A stretch of 64,000 nt of DNA, taken from IMG/VR virus record IMGVR_UViG_3300029915_000003. The stretch is one strand, 5' to 3'. The notes below the pieces were generated by a model. That model did no database searches, was not told the origin of the DNA, and saw nothing but the letters and a program-made list of their open reading frames with translations. This DNA comes from a virus. Below, piece by piece: positions 29,701 to 38,053 of this stretch. Both the position numbers and the translations under genes were made by a program. Every line of letters starts with the position of its first letter. Positions within the stretch are counted from its first letter, which is position 1.

Positions 29701-30362
29701 TTTGGAACACTCCTTCCTGTTATGGAATTTACTGTTCTGCTACAAATACAACCTCCGGAACCGCTGCTGCTTATAGCTCTAATAACGGTTCTACCTGGGT
29801 TGCCGCAACGATGCCTTCGAGTGGTGTCTGGAACGCTCCAGGTTGTTCTGGTTATACTTGTGCCGCCACAACCACGGCATCGGGTACTGTTGCTGCTTAT
29901 AGCTCTAATAACGGCTCTACCTGGGTAGCCGCAACGATGCCTTCAAGTGGTGTTTGGAACGCTCCATATTGCTATGGTGTATATTGCATAGCTACACTTA
30001 CTACGTCTTCCACAGCGGCTGCTTATAGTTCTAACGGTGGTTCTACCTGGGTTGCAGCAACGATGCCTTCGGCGGCGGTATGGAATGGTAATCCTATTTG
30101 CAATGGAGCTATTTGTGTAGATGTAACGGCTGCGGCTGGTGTTACGACTATGGCCTACAGTCTTAACAATGGAGCTACTTGGTCTTTGGGTACCCTACCT
30201 GTAGCGGCTACGTGGAGCAATCCAACCGTAGGGGTTCTCAATATCACTATAGCAAATACAGGATTTACTAATTATTGGGGATACAACGACTTAATCCACG
30301 ATCCTGTGGGTTGGCCATCCTCATTAGAAATATTTAATCAATACACACGTAATTTTAATTAA
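26787..30362 (+). CDS. secreted Cys-rich BNR/Asp-box beta-propeller protein with central IPT/TIG domain
   Basis: Signal MLKRLFILLTIVGSAAYA; ~24 S-x-N-x-G-x-T-W boxes; PAITSF..GAAVTITGSGF..TVP.GATTG.L.V IPT motif. Confidence 0.8.
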   Translation: MLKRLFILLTIVGSAAYAGDAWVGSNSATSYYSTNNGSTWTAATGMASQGIQPSCVGSNCTTFFYAATGNTAYYTTNGGATWSTSTLPATQGWQTPSCVGTNCSATAGWFAGVNTTTAAFSSNNGQTWVSSTLPSSQLWWAPSCSTGSVCVVVSGSTSTNVAAFSTNSGSTWTASTLPATASWGYSVCNGSNCVVTETGSTTTAAFSSNGGSTWATSTMPSSGQWRVSCSGTTCAGTRYDTNTTAGAFSSNGGATWSASTLPSSGTWSSISCYSSTCFAFRNDSATTAAAVSTNGGSTWSASTMPSSAAPWGNPYADFGVTNNAAVVCNATLSGCMTYNGGTGYAFTANSGTSWTGGTIGSGYSGCGLAYASVAPAITSFTGSPGVFGAAVTITGSGFTGATSLLFNNFSQPTFTIASDSTITTTVPTGATTGQLSVTSPSGTGLSASNFIVSGHSGGAFFIGNNGSNPKANVAYSTNGSSWFSATAFGSTFWSNLQGNTTSCNSTTNTCVLTVDPSSLGFFTAYSPNGGQTWQLSSQLAANTWGGGVSCPSLSGCVMVQGISTNTVAFSTNGGLSWSTSTTPSTTTWNAPACVGANCTLTSNAGTAGAAYSTNGGSTWTAATMPSAATWNTPTCVSTFCTVTAYFTTTTAAAYSANNGQTWSAAIMPSSQSWNPPTCSGTTCSATTNTTTTAAAYSTNNGSTWGAATMPSSNQWNSPSCSGTVCVATIVASGTTAAYSTNSGQTWTAATMPSSHAWGNPVCVSSNCIAIPFGGTATTAAAYSINGGQTWTATTLPTSQSWGQPTCINTNCTVTAYYSSSAAAYSTNNGQTWTATTMPPQDVPLNAISCGSTTCASTSSLYSGTGSFYTGNGYYWTSPNSLPGNSLNWKAASCAGSTCSTVVTNSSTAAAFSSNGGSSWVSATMPSSAIWNTPLCIVGGFCVATNATSGTAAAYSTNGGSTWVAATMPSSGVWNTPSCYGIYCSATNTTSGTAAAYSSNNGSTWVAATMPSSGVWNAPGCSGYTCAATTTASGTVAAYSSNNGSTWVAATMPSSGVWNAPYCYGVYCIATLTTSSTAAAYSSNGGSTWVAATMPSAAVWNGNPICNGAICVDVTAAAGVTTMAYSLNNGATWSLGTLPVAATWSNPTVGVLNITIANTGFTNYWGYNDLIHDPVGWPSSLEIFNQYTRNFN
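29500..30100 (+). repeat. 126-bp tandem coding repeats (42-aa propeller blades)
   Basis: GCAACGATGCCTTC recurs at 29679, 29805, 29931, 30057. Confidence 0.9.
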
Positions 30363-30382
30363 ATTCAAAGGAAATAATCAAA

Positions 30383-30712
30383 ATGCCAGCTAATTTAAGT
30401 TGTGACCGTTGTGGAACTCCATACGTACCTACAAACGGTGATACCACCGAAAATGCCACTATAAGCATTCGCAGGGCTAGTGATGCTGCTCCTGGAGGTA
30501 ACTTCGTTCGATTTGTTTGCCCTACTTGTGAGGCTATGGACGAACAAATCGTTGCTTTTGCATTCCCATGGTCTAATTATGCTGATTTGGTGTTAAATCC
30601 ACAACAAATAGCGGCTGCAAAGGCGGCTGTGGTAGCGTCAATGACTCCACCTGTCACTACCACTCAAGCTCCTGCTCAACCTCCGTCTGAAACGACCGTA
30701 GCGCCTCAATAA
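30383..30712 (+). CDS. small CxxC..CxxC protein
   Basis: CDRC and CPTC; SD AAGGA. Confidence 0.6.
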   Translation: MPANLSCDRCGTPYVPTNGDTTENATISIRRASDAAPGGNFVRFVCPTCEAMDEQIVAFAFPWSNYADLVLNPQQIAAAKAAVVASMTPPVTTTQAPAQPPSETTVAPQ

Positions 30713-30715
30713 GCC

Positions 30716-31198
30716 ATGAAAAACATATATTTGGGGTTCTCAAACCACAATGATTGGTTTTCAAAACTAATCATGTGGGTTACCGAGGCACCGGTAAGTC
30801 ATTGTTTTGTATTGATTAATGATCCCATATTGGGAGACATGGTTATGCAAGCTACTTCGGGAGGAGTGCAGATAAACACTCTGAAAACCTTTAAATTGAC
30901 TCACAATATAGTTACCGTGATAGAACCCAAAGTTGATTTATCTCAAGCCATAAAGGAAATCATAGAAGAAGACTTGGGAGACGGATATGACTATACGGGT
31001 GATTTAGGTGTAGCTTGGATTAGACTGGGAAAATGGTTAGGAAAGAAATGGCACAACATTTTCCATACCAAAAAACATGAGTTTTGCTCTGCATTGTTAA
31101 CCAAATTAATACAAAAAGCCCGGTGGCCTGGATCGGAAACACTGGTACCAGACGAAGTGGACCCTGGCGAACTATTAAAGTTCGTCAGTAAACCTTAA
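30716..31198 (+). CDS. permuted papain-like NlpC/P60 amidase (YiiX/YebB-like)
   Basis: S.LI...T...SHC, GYDY, FCSAL, P.EL in His-before-Cys order. Confidence 0.8.
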   Translation: MKNIYLGFSNHNDWFSKLIMWVTEAPVSHCFVLINDPILGDMVMQATSGGVQINTLKTFKLTHNIVTVIEPKVDLSQAIKEIIEEDLGDGYDYTGDLGVAWIRLGKWLGKKWHNIFHTKKHEFCSALLTKLIQKARWPGSETLVPDEVDPGELLKFVSKP

Positions 31199-31980
31199 TT
31201 ACTCCAATCTATTGGGTAAATTAGGTAGTGGTTTCGTATTTTATCTACAGCATGGACTTGTAATGCCTCTTCTGAATCCATCTTCCAGTCAGCATCTTTA
31301 ATTTTAGAAACATAGTCTTCCACCTTCATATACATACGTTTGGCTATAAAATCAGCCATAGAGTTAGACATTTCTTCCAATGAATCCAATCTTTCCTTTA
31401 ATTCATACTTATTAAGACTTGACTCAGGAATAACCGAAAACGGTTCATGGGTTAAAAGTATAGCGTCAGGAGCCATTTCTCTGAATGGGCACGCCTGTAA
31501 TATGTAAAATCCCATACTAGCACTGTATTCATCTACATAACAAGTTACAGTCTTAGGGTAGGAGGCGATTAATTGAGCCAATCTCATTCCTATCTCTACA
31601 TCTCCACCTTCGGTGTTTAGTCTCAATAAAATGGTATCTATAGAAGGATCCCGAACGTGATCTATAAATATATCTATTAGTTTTATAGAGTTACTACCAT
31701 TAATCTTGCCGTCGAAGTCTATAATCAGTTGACGGTCTTTGACTCCCATCTCTATAACCCTATCGGTACTCTTAGTTCCCTCACCGTCAGGTATGCACAA
31801 AAGACGGGAAAATGGTAAATGTAGGTAATTGGGTACATTTACTACTGTTTGATTCGGAGAATCGTTCTTAATTACGCTTTGGGGTAGCAATCTGCAATCA
31901 TATCCACCAACTAAAGGCAATAGAAACAAACCTATATTAAACCCCAACACCAACGCCACAATCTTAGATAATGAAACCAT
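31195..31980 (-). CDS. ClpP-like serine protease with N-terminal signal/TM
   Basis: LRLNTEGG, SASMG (Ser), LLTHEP (His), DWKMDSEEAL..VD. Confidence 0.82.
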   Translation of the reverse strand: MVSLSKIVALVLGFNIGLFLLPLVGGYDCRLLPQSVIKNDSPNQTVVNVPNYLHLPFSRLLCIPDGEGTKSTDRVIEMGVKDRQLIIDFDGKINGSNSIKLIDIFIDHVRDPSIDTILLRLNTEGGDVEIGMRLAQLIASYPKTVTCYVDEYSASMGFYILQACPFREMAPDAILLTHEPFSVIPESSLNKYELKERLDSLEEMSNSMADFIAKRMYMKVEDYVSKIKDADWKMDSEEALQVHAVDKIRNHYLIYPIDWSN

Positions 31981-32003
31981 TTTTACACCCTATATAACTT
32001 AAA

Positions 32004-32198
32004 TTACCTCTTACGTTTCTGGGTGGAATGGTAAGACCAATTACAGCCTAATTTGATGGCCTCTCTAGTGGAGTCGTTCATTGTATATATTAATCCACAA
32101 GACGTACAATAAGGCCATTTAAGTATTTTACCGCTTGACTTATGCGGTTCATAAGAGTAAGATATACGTTTGGTTTCATTAACTTCATCTATAGTCAT
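32004..32198 (-). CDS. small Cys/His protein
   Basis: H..YCTSCGL..GC; leaderless promoter upstream. Confidence 0.55.
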   Translation of the reverse strand: MTIDEVNETKRISYSYEPHKSSGKILKWPYCTSCGLIYTMNDSTREAIKLGCNWSYHSTQKRKR

Positions 32199-32204
32199 AG
32201 TTAT

Positions 32205-32233
32205 ACCCTAACCCAAAGCAACAAGCAAGTCAA
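32205..32233 (-). promoter_or_regulatory. sigma70-like promoter TTGACT-17-TAGGGT, 6 nt before ATG (leaderless)
   Basis: Direct reading of 32233-32228 and 32210-32205. Confidence 0.5.
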
Positions 32234-32253
32234 GTATCAACAAAAGGAAACAC

Positions 32254-32643
32254 ATGTTAAAGTCAGAACCAGTTGATTTTGAAATAAATGTAATTGCCGA
32301 AAACGGAGAAGAATACCGGGGTTTCTTTTCAGCCCTACCCCAACTATCCCATCGCCTAACCCTCCAAAAGGATCGTAAGTACCGAGAACTATTAGGAGAC
32401 AAACCCGATCAGGCTGATGAGTATTCCAAGCTCCTAAGTATTTACTTGGCAGATTTAGGTGTACGTTTAGTACGCACCCCCAATTGGTGGAAGGAAACGG
32501 ACGGGGGTCTAGAATTGGAATCTTTCAATGTAATTAGCGAAATAGCTCAAAAAGTAAGTGAAATCATCAAAAAGGCAAACGATGAAATTCAAGCCAAAGC
32601 GGAAAAGTCTCGTAAAGAACTAAAAGACACAAAACCGCTATAA
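32254..32643 (+). CDS. tail assembly chaperone (putative)
   Basis: Y.G.F, LG, L...P.WW motif; two genes before the tape measure. Confidence 0.6.
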   Translation: MLKSEPVDFEINVIAENGEEYRGFFSALPQLSHRLTLQKDRKYRELLGDKPDQADEYSKLLSIYLADLGVRLVRTPNWWKETDGGLELESFNVISEIAQKVSEIIKKANDEIQAKAEKSRKELKDTKPL

Positions 32644-32649
32644 TTCAAT

Positions 32650-33066
32650 ATGAATAAGTATCGGGCTATTCAAACAATAGCCCTAAACTCAGTTCTCAAG
32701 AAAACCACTGAATCCCAATTAAACCATATATTTCGGTGGTTTAGCAGGGAATTTAGCACTCCATTGCATTTAGTGGAAGAAATGAGTTTAGAGTACATTT
32801 TAACACAATACTATGAAGACTGTTATGAAAACATGACCAAAGAAGAACTAGAAAAGGAACGAATAGATCTATCTTTGGACGAAAATGACATAATAGCCCG
32901 AGAAGAAGAGGACGATGAGTTCGTAGAAACCATCAAAAAACAGATCAAACAGGCGTCAGTACCCACCCCCATAGCTAGTTCCGTTAAAAACATACATCCC
33001 ATAACCAAAGAAGAACTGGAAAAAGAACTAGAGCAATGGAAAGACATTAAAATGACCTTCGATTAG
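32650..33066 (+). CDS. tail assembly chaperone 2 (putative)
   Basis: RWFSREFSTPL; acidic; directly before the tape measure. Confidence 0.55.
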   Translation: MNKYRAIQTIALNSVLKKTTESQLNHIFRWFSREFSTPLHLVEEMSLEYILTQYYEDCYENMTKEELEKERIDLSLDENDIIAREEEDDEFVETIKKQIKQASVPTPIASSVKNIHPITKEELEKELEQWKDIKMTFD

Positions 33067-33109
33067 ATTTCTGCCCTAATTTTAATAAGTTAACCCCGGA
33101 AAATAAGAT

Positions 33110-35251
33110 ATGTCTGACCCCAAAAAACCCAAATTAGAGATAGGTATTGAAGTTGACAAAAAAGGCGACGCTGAAACCTTAAAAATTCTAAAAGGAACTA
33201 AGAGTGAAATCAAAGGGATAAGCCAAGAGGCAAAGGAAGCCACCAAAAGCCTTAAGGAAATGAAGAGTGCTCTCGATTCTGTTAAATCGACAAGAACGGG
33301 AGGAGTTAAAAACGGAGGGGGATTTGGGAAACCACCAGACAATGGCGATAGAGGAACTCCGGGAACCAATGGAGGTACTATCGGGGGAAGTGGGAATAAT
33401 TTTAAATTTCCAGAAGCTCCAGGTATAGATGAATCGAGATTCTCTCCAAGGAGCAGTCTAGGGGGAAAGTCTTTGGCTGGCATTGCAGCATTGGCCTACA
33501 GTGGACTCCGAATTCCACAATTAATAACATCTGGATTGGACGCAAACAATCTACAATATAGTCAATATGCCAGTTCTTTTGGGATTCAACAACAGTTTTC
33601 CCAGGGTAAGATGAATAGGGATCTATCCAGCCAAGTGGCGCTCAATAGAATAATGGCGAATCCAAACCGTAGAGCCGAATACGAAGGATTGTCAAATTAC
33701 AATACAAGATATACAGATGCAATCGGAAAAGGATTAGCCAATGTTGGAGGGTTTGCCTCTGGGGCCATTACCGCTGGAACCGGTATAGGACTCATGACTG
33801 GAAGTGGTGGGTTGGGAGCAGGAGTCGGATTGGGAATGTTTGGCTTTGGAGTCAACATGATGAGTGGCTCCAACTTAGCAGAGGGATTGAATTTATTAGG
33901 CAATAGCGAAGTTAGAGATGCATATATAAAGAAAAATATATTAGAAAAACAAAAAATGATGATAGATTCTCAAAAAGAACAAAATCCAATACTTATGGCT
34001 GGATTAAGTGCTGTTGCTGGAAACTCTTCTTCGGATGTCGATCTTCAGCGCAGATTATTTGGAGGTATGTCCAAAGACAATCCTCTACGTAAAAACAATA
34101 ACAACTTCCAGGACTTTTACCAATCAATTGGAAGTGAATATAAATTCAGAGGAAATCAAAAGTTATCACCTGACGACCAAAGGACTTTACTTTCAAATTT
34201 AGCGGCGGCCGGAACAGCTACTACGGCCGTTAATAGAGGTGTGTTAAATACAGCTATAGACATGAAACTGGCAGGTATAAGTCCACAGGCGGCTGCTACC
34301 TTATTGGGAACATACGCCAATGGAAGTATCGTTGGAGCCAAAGCCATGGGAGCCCAACTGGCACACATGTTAGGAGACAATAGAGTGAAGGATCAGGCAG
34401 CTGCCTTTGTTGGAAATCAAGCCTATAGTCTAAATTATGGAGCTACTGACGGCTCAGGTCTATTGAGCACATTAGCGGTAAGGCGTGGAATGAGCGATCC
34501 AAACAAAATGTTAGCCAACACGGCAGCGGTAGCCTCTTTTCCTCAGTGGCAGACAAAAGATCAATATCAAATGGCTTACGGACAGGTTCAAGACTTAAAA
34601 TTCGCAAAAGCAAACGGAGGAAATGTAAATCTAGCCTATGCGTTGGATAGATTTCGACAAAACCCTCAATTTATGAAAATAATGCAAAACGGCTCCTTGC
34701 CCCAGGAATTAATTGATGAGGGAATGACCCCAAAGGGATGGGAAGACTTTAAACAACACTACGATGTTTATGGAACAAAAACAATTATGGCCAGAAGGAT
34801 ACCATCTGGTATTCCGGGAAACAAAGGCGACAAAATAGCCAAATTACTAATGGAGCACAATGGAGATTTAAGGGATCCATCAATTACGGACGACCTAAGA
34901 GATGCTTACGCAAGTGACATGGCCGGATTAGGTGTTGATCGGGAAACAGCTCTTTCTCAATGGGACGAAAGACGAAGGGGCTTAGGGGTTAAACACAAAA
35001 AACGGAAAGGGAACGGGTCCTCATCGGCAGGAGAAGATGTTGCTGAGCAAGGAACAGGGGCAGCTCTTGGGGTTAATTCTGGAGCAGCAGACGAAGCAAG
35101 CAGAGCGTACAATCAAGGGGTAGGGGCGGTTCTTAATGCTCAATTGTCAGAACAACAGAAAACAAACGTATTCCTAGAGAGATTATTAGGTAAACCTGGA
35201 GCATTTTCTGTTGATTATTCACACAAACCAAAGAAAACTGGTGGGAAATAA
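33110..35251 (+). CDS. tape measure protein (putative)
   Basis: A/G-rich helical 713 aa with hydrophobic Gly stretch; position between chaperones and hub. Confidence 0.65.
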   Translation: MSDPKKPKLEIGIEVDKKGDAETLKILKGTKSEIKGISQEAKEATKSLKEMKSALDSVKSTRTGGVKNGGGFGKPPDNGDRGTPGTNGGTIGGSGNNFKFPEAPGIDESRFSPRSSLGGKSLAGIAALAYSGLRIPQLITSGLDANNLQYSQYASSFGIQQQFSQGKMNRDLSSQVALNRIMANPNRRAEYEGLSNYNTRYTDAIGKGLANVGGFASGAITAGTGIGLMTGSGGLGAGVGLGMFGFGVNMMSGSNLAEGLNLLGNSEVRDAYIKKNILEKQKMMIDSQKEQNPILMAGLSAVAGNSSSDVDLQRRLFGGMSKDNPLRKNNNNFQDFYQSIGSEYKFRGNQKLSPDDQRTLLSNLAAAGTATTAVNRGVLNTAIDMKLAGISPQAAATLLGTYANGSIVGAKAMGAQLAHMLGDNRVKDQAAAFVGNQAYSLNYGATDGSGLLSTLAVRRGMSDPNKMLANTAAVASFPQWQTKDQYQMAYGQVQDLKFAKANGGNVNLAYALDRFRQNPQFMKIMQNGSLPQELIDEGMTPKGWEDFKQHYDVYGTKTIMARRIPSGIPGNKGDKIAKLLMEHNGDLRDPSITDDLRDAYASDMAGLGVDRETALSQWDERRRGLGVKHKKRKGNGSSSAGEDVAEQGTGAALGVNSGAADEASRAYNQGVGAVLNAQLSEQQKTNVFLERLLGKPGAFSVDYSHKPKKTGGK

Positions 35252-35254
35252 AGA

Positions 35255-37093
35255 ATGGCTCAAACATATGATTTGGTTAAGGATTTTAATATAACCTCGA
35301 ATTCAAGCACTCCTCAAACCGTCTCAGTTTCGAGTGGATGGGTAGTGGCTATATTTCCCTATCAAAATCAAATTACGGGGAATAGAAGTAAATTATTATC
35401 AAGCAATGTCAACGACGTGTCTTTCACTAAAGAAGCGGACGTAAAAACCAATCCAACAATAATAATATCCCATGGATGTGTTAGTTTAACTGTTTCTGCA
35501 CAAAAAGAAAACCACACAATGTCTCTTCAGGCAGAGCTAGCCCCCACCAGGAATTTCATAAAAGAGTGCCATCCGGGAGACTGGGTGATGGCCTGGATGT
35601 GTCAAAATCAGGAAGAAATTAACAAAATCATAAAAATTATTAATACAACCAATACATATGTGGGTGGTTCGGCAAGAGCTAATTACTTCAATTCAGGACT
35701 TAAATTCGTAGGGAAAATTTGGAGCGTATCTCAAAATGGTTCAATTGATGGATCTGGAGACAAGAGGATCTCTTATAGCTTAAATGCTTATGGATTTAGT
35801 GAATTAGATAATGAAATATTATACTTTTACGCTATAGAGTTAGCGTCTCAAACCTATGGTGATTGGATGAGTAGGATGGGTATATTGTTTAATGATATAG
35901 TAGTGGAGGGGGAGGCTGATATAAACTTATTGTATCCAGCAATGATACAAGCCACCCTTGGAAATAAAACAGCCACAGGAACACCAAATCCGGCTGGAAG
36001 TATACCGGAACTCCCCCTAACTCCAAACGTACCATACGCCATTCCCGGCAACGTATATTCATATTTAACAGGGAATCCATACAGCGGAGGAACAAAAGCC
36101 TATACGGACATAATGGCTGCTTTTATTGGAATACAGGACTATGGTAGTAGCAGTTTAACTGAAAATAATACTTTTGGTATATTTTTACCAAAAACCTCCA
36201 CTCCTATCGAATCTGATTTTCCTAAATTATACGCAACTAAAACTCCAATGATAGGCAGAACCCCTCCCATCCCTCCATCCTTGGATTATAAACCTATATG
36301 GAATATGCTGGGTGAATTTTTAAATCCTGGATTAAATGAAATGTACATGGCGTTAAGAGTTGCCGATAATTCCGGAAATATATATCCTACATTTGTCTCT
36401 AGACAAAAACCATTCACTACGAATGAATTAGATCAAGACATAAAAACAGCCAACTCTAGTAGTTCGAGTCTTAATACTACGAATTTTCCATATACAAAAT
36501 TTACGGATCTACCAAGATGGTTAATAGATGATGAAATCATTTTAAATTATTCCGTTTCAAATGACAATTCACTTAGGCATAATATGATAGATATTGTCGG
36601 AGTTAGTCCTGCCTTCGATACAGTTCAAAATGCTCCAAGGGATAGATTTTTAAGAGCTAGTCCAAAATGGGACTCAACAGACATATCAAGAAATGGGGTC
36701 CGGGCCTTTATGCAAAACGTAAACGCAACGATACAGGATGTAAATCAAAATAACCCCCAGTGGGTTGCTTTTAATGCTGATATATTAATGAATCAACAAT
36801 TACAGTTAACGGGCACCTTTGTTGTTCATGGCATACAGTCCCCCATTGCAATAGGGGACAACCTGCAATACAAAGACGTTGTATACCATATAGAGGGACT
36901 AGCGCATTCTTGCTCCATAGATAGGGGTGGGAACAAAAGATTCTTTACTACCATACAGGTTACAAATGGAATGACATCAGATAAATACGGAGAATACATT
37001 GGGGTATACATGTATCCCACTCTGACCAAAAACATCAACATAGGCAACGAACCGGCTATCGATGGAACACAAATAACCAAAGGATCTCAATAA
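35255..37093 (+). CDS. baseplate hub protein
   Basis: PGDWV, G.V..V, RNG.R, GT..V.G..PI.IGDNL...YHIE...HS. Confidence 0.65.
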   Translation: MAQTYDLVKDFNITSNSSTPQTVSVSSGWVVAIFPYQNQITGNRSKLLSSNVNDVSFTKEADVKTNPTIIISHGCVSLTVSAQKENHTMSLQAELAPTRNFIKECHPGDWVMAWMCQNQEEINKIIKIINTTNTYVGGSARANYFNSGLKFVGKIWSVSQNGSIDGSGDKRISYSLNAYGFSELDNEILYFYAIELASQTYGDWMSRMGILFNDIVVEGEADINLLYPAMIQATLGNKTATGTPNPAGSIPELPLTPNVPYAIPGNVYSYLTGNPYSGGTKAYTDIMAAFIGIQDYGSSSLTENNTFGIFLPKTSTPIESDFPKLYATKTPMIGRTPPIPPSLDYKPIWNMLGEFLNPGLNEMYMALRVADNSGNIYPTFVSRQKPFTTNELDQDIKTANSSSSSLNTTNFPYTKFTDLPRWLIDDEIILNYSVSNDNSLRHNMIDIVGVSPAFDTVQNAPRDRFLRASPKWDSTDISRNGVRAFMQNVNATIQDVNQNNPQWVAFNADILMNQQLQLTGTFVVHGIQSPIAIGDNLQYKDVVYHIEGLAHSCSIDRGGNKRFFTTIQVTNGMTSDKYGEYIGVYMYPTLTKNINIGNEPAIDGTQITKGSQ

Positions 37094-38034
37094 TGTCTAC
37101 AGTAATTCCTCATTATCTAAAATCATACGAAACGGATTCCTCCAAAACAGATTCAGAGCATTTTACCAATAAATCATTAAGATACGGCGTCGTAATAAAA
37201 GCTTACTATCCAAAAGATCCTAAAAACACCAATAAAAACTTCATGGAGTATGATGTAAATGTTAATGTAAGAAATGGTCTCAACACCCGAGAGGTGAATA
37301 CCGTTTATCGTTGCATTTGTGCAAATTTATTAGGAAGTACCGATTATATCAAATTTGCACTAAGGGTAGATCCATCTCAATTACAAAACAATCAAATATC
37401 CGAGGGGGCCAACGTGTTGATACTTTGTGCCAACGGAGAGACTACAAATGCAATAATAATAGGCGGAACAAGTAACGGCGGTTCTCATTCAAACAACAAA
37501 TCAACAACTCCTCCAGATCCAAATTCCGGCCTATTTTATCAATTTTTATACAACGGAGTAGGTATAAATGTAGACAACGATGGACAACTATCCATATCTG
37601 CGGCTGGAGCTACCAAAATAGACGGCTCTCCAGACGACAATAGACCAGAAACCAACAAAACACCTACCATTAATTTCACCAAAGAGGGGAATCTGCAATT
37701 AACTGACAATACTACTGAATCAGTACTATTGGACACGGTTAATTCTGCCCTAAACATAGAAGCTGGCAAACAAATAGAGGTTACGGCCCCTCAGGTAGGT
37801 CTTGGACCAGATCCAATAGGTGGGGCTCTAAATGGAATTGCCTATAACGAAGCCCTAGCACCTATAAACCAGACATTAATACCCCTGTTGACCACAATAG
37901 CGGCTCTTTCGGCTCTACCTGTTGTTCCTGGAGCTACTCTGGTTCCAATTCTGACAGACATAGTAGCTGCCCTTCAAGCCATAATTGGTTCAATCCAACC
38001 ATCCACCTCTCAATCTGTAATTATATCTAAGTAA
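37093..38034 (+). CDS. baseplate central spike (gpV/gp5-like)
   Basis: N-terminal OB-fold (G.V...Y..EYDV; G..VLILC.NG..AIIIG) followed by beta-helix. Confidence 0.7.
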   Translation: MSTVIPHYLKSYETDSSKTDSEHFTNKSLRYGVVIKAYYPKDPKNTNKNFMEYDVNVNVRNGLNTREVNTVYRCICANLLGSTDYIKFALRVDPSQLQNNQISEGANVLILCANGETTNAIIIGGTSNGGSHSNNKSTTPPDPNSGLFYQFLYNGVGINVDNDGQLSISAAGATKIDGSPDDNRPETNKTPTINFTKEGNLQLTDNTTESVLLDTVNSALNIEAGKQIEVTAPQVGLGPDPIGGALNGIAYNEALAPINQTLIPLLTTIAALSALPVVPGATLVPILTDIVAALQAIIGSIQPSTSQSVIISK

Positions 38035-38053
38035 GGAGCAATTTTAATCAATT

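Noticed and set aside
29500-30100. Regularly spaced repeats suggesting a CRISPR array or DGR template/variable repeats
   Set aside because: They are in-frame 126-bp coding repeats varying mainly at synonymous sites; no cas or reverse transcriptase gene is in the window
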